Made by a program: the position numbers and the translations under genes
Shown here: one piece after another, positions 15,063 through 15,791 of the stretch
How the letters are laid out: each line of letters opens with the position of its first letter
How positions within the stretch are numbered: the first letter of the stretch is position 1
Virus record (IMG/VR): IMGVR_UViG_2737471840_000001
Location: 1-15,791 of that record
Direction: 5' to 3' (one strand)
DNA: 15,791 nt
From: a virus
Taxonomy: Duplodnaviria; Heunggongvirae; Uroviricota; Caudoviricetes
Notes under the pieces: model-generated
Databases searched by the model: none
Told to the model about the DNA's origin: nothing
Seen by the model: the letters and a program-made list of their open reading frames with translations, nothing else

Positions 15063-15775
15063 CACTTCACCTCCTGCGGCGGTTCTGGTAGCGGCATCCA
15101 GTGTGACGGTTTCCACGACGCACCAGGAATTATCCACCCATCATTAGCGTCAGGATGCCCGGGGATGTAAGTAGCCCATTTCATTCGCCAGTCACCTTTC
15201 CTGTCAAACTCCACGGCAACAAGAACGGCTGTTTTGGTATTCGGCATTCGCTCACTACAGCTTATCCAACCATCCGGAGTTGCCGGAGAGTTGCCCGATA
15301 GCTGGTTCAACTTGTAAGTTTGGCTTACAGGTTCGGCACCATGAAGCATGGCGTCGCTCCGCTCTATGCCATCCAGCGCGATTCGCAGTGCCTGAATTGT
15401 GGTAGAGCTATCGTTTGGGGCTATTCCATATCGCTCGAATACAGCTAAATGGTTGCGCATAATCTCAGGCGTAAGCTCTTTGTAAGCATAAGCAAGAGGC
15501 TCTGATGCATTATCCGGCACAACCGACGCAGGCGCGGCAGCATAAACAGGAATAACGTCCGCTTGCTCTTTATTGCTTTCATCCGTTAAAGACCAGAATA
15601 ATTTCCCGGCCGGATGTTTGAAAATATAAGCAACTGGATCTGCTTCCAGCGATGCCAGCGCAATTCGTGCCAGTTCTTCCGCCTCTTCTGCTGGCAGTAC
15701 AACGTTGCTACCAGGTCCGTATGTTTCGCGCCACTGCTTGATTGTCAGTAGTCGCTCTTTGGTAATAGTGATCAT
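15062..15775 (-). CDS. DUF551-domain phage protein
   Basis: 237-aa ORF, ATG at 15775 with AAGGAA RBS. C-terminus ...DGWIIPGASWKPSHWMPLPEPP matches the DUF551 signature common in enterobacterial lambdoid prophages, from memory. Confidence 0.6.
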   Translation of the reverse strand: MITITKERLLTIKQWRETYGPGSNVVLPAEEAEELARIALASLEADPVAYIFKHPAGKLFWSLTDESNKEQADVIPVYAAAPASVVPDNASEPLAYAYKELTPEIMRNHLAVFERYGIAPNDSSTTIQALRIALDGIERSDAMLHGAEPVSQTYKLNQLSGNSPATPDGWISCSERMPNTKTAVLVAVEFDRKGDWRMKWATYIPGHPDANDGWIIPGASWKPSHWMPLPEPPQEVK

Positions 15776-15791
15776 GCCGCGTTTCCTTCTT

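Noticed and set aside
1-15791. CRISPR array, insertion sequence or transposase
   Set aside because: No regularly spaced direct repeats with unique spacers, and no ORF with recognisable transposase or integrase features were seen. The only repeats are short operator-like motifs.

Overview
This 15.8-kb window is almost entirely a phage or prophage packaging and virion-morphogenesis module, encoded on the minus strand and read from high to low coordinates. In order: a DUF551-type protein, two small ORFs, terminase small and large subunits, portal, scaffold, major capsid, three small structural ORFs, tail-tube A-like and B-like proteins, two internal-virion-like proteins, and the 5' part of a large ejection-like protein that runs off the left edge. 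Many neighbouring genes overlap by 1-4 nt, consistent with one translationally coupled operon. The portal and tail-tube proteins look podovirus (T7-like) by motif and gene order, while the DUF551 protein and terminase small subunit are lambdoid-type, so this is probably a mosaic temperate podovirus of an enterobacterial host (inference). The most unusual part is a ~1-kb plus-strand insert between terminase and portal (about 11300-12380), opposite to the operon: an AT-rich repeat-bearing region, a GC-rich structured non-coding stretch, an intact argU-like tRNA-Arg(UCU), three intrinsic terminators and an orphan 110-aa ORF. Several short repeats and palindromes sit at gene boundaries around the terminase genes. 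All calls rest on reading the sequence and the supplied ORF track; no database search was run, and protein family names come from remembered motifs and synteny.
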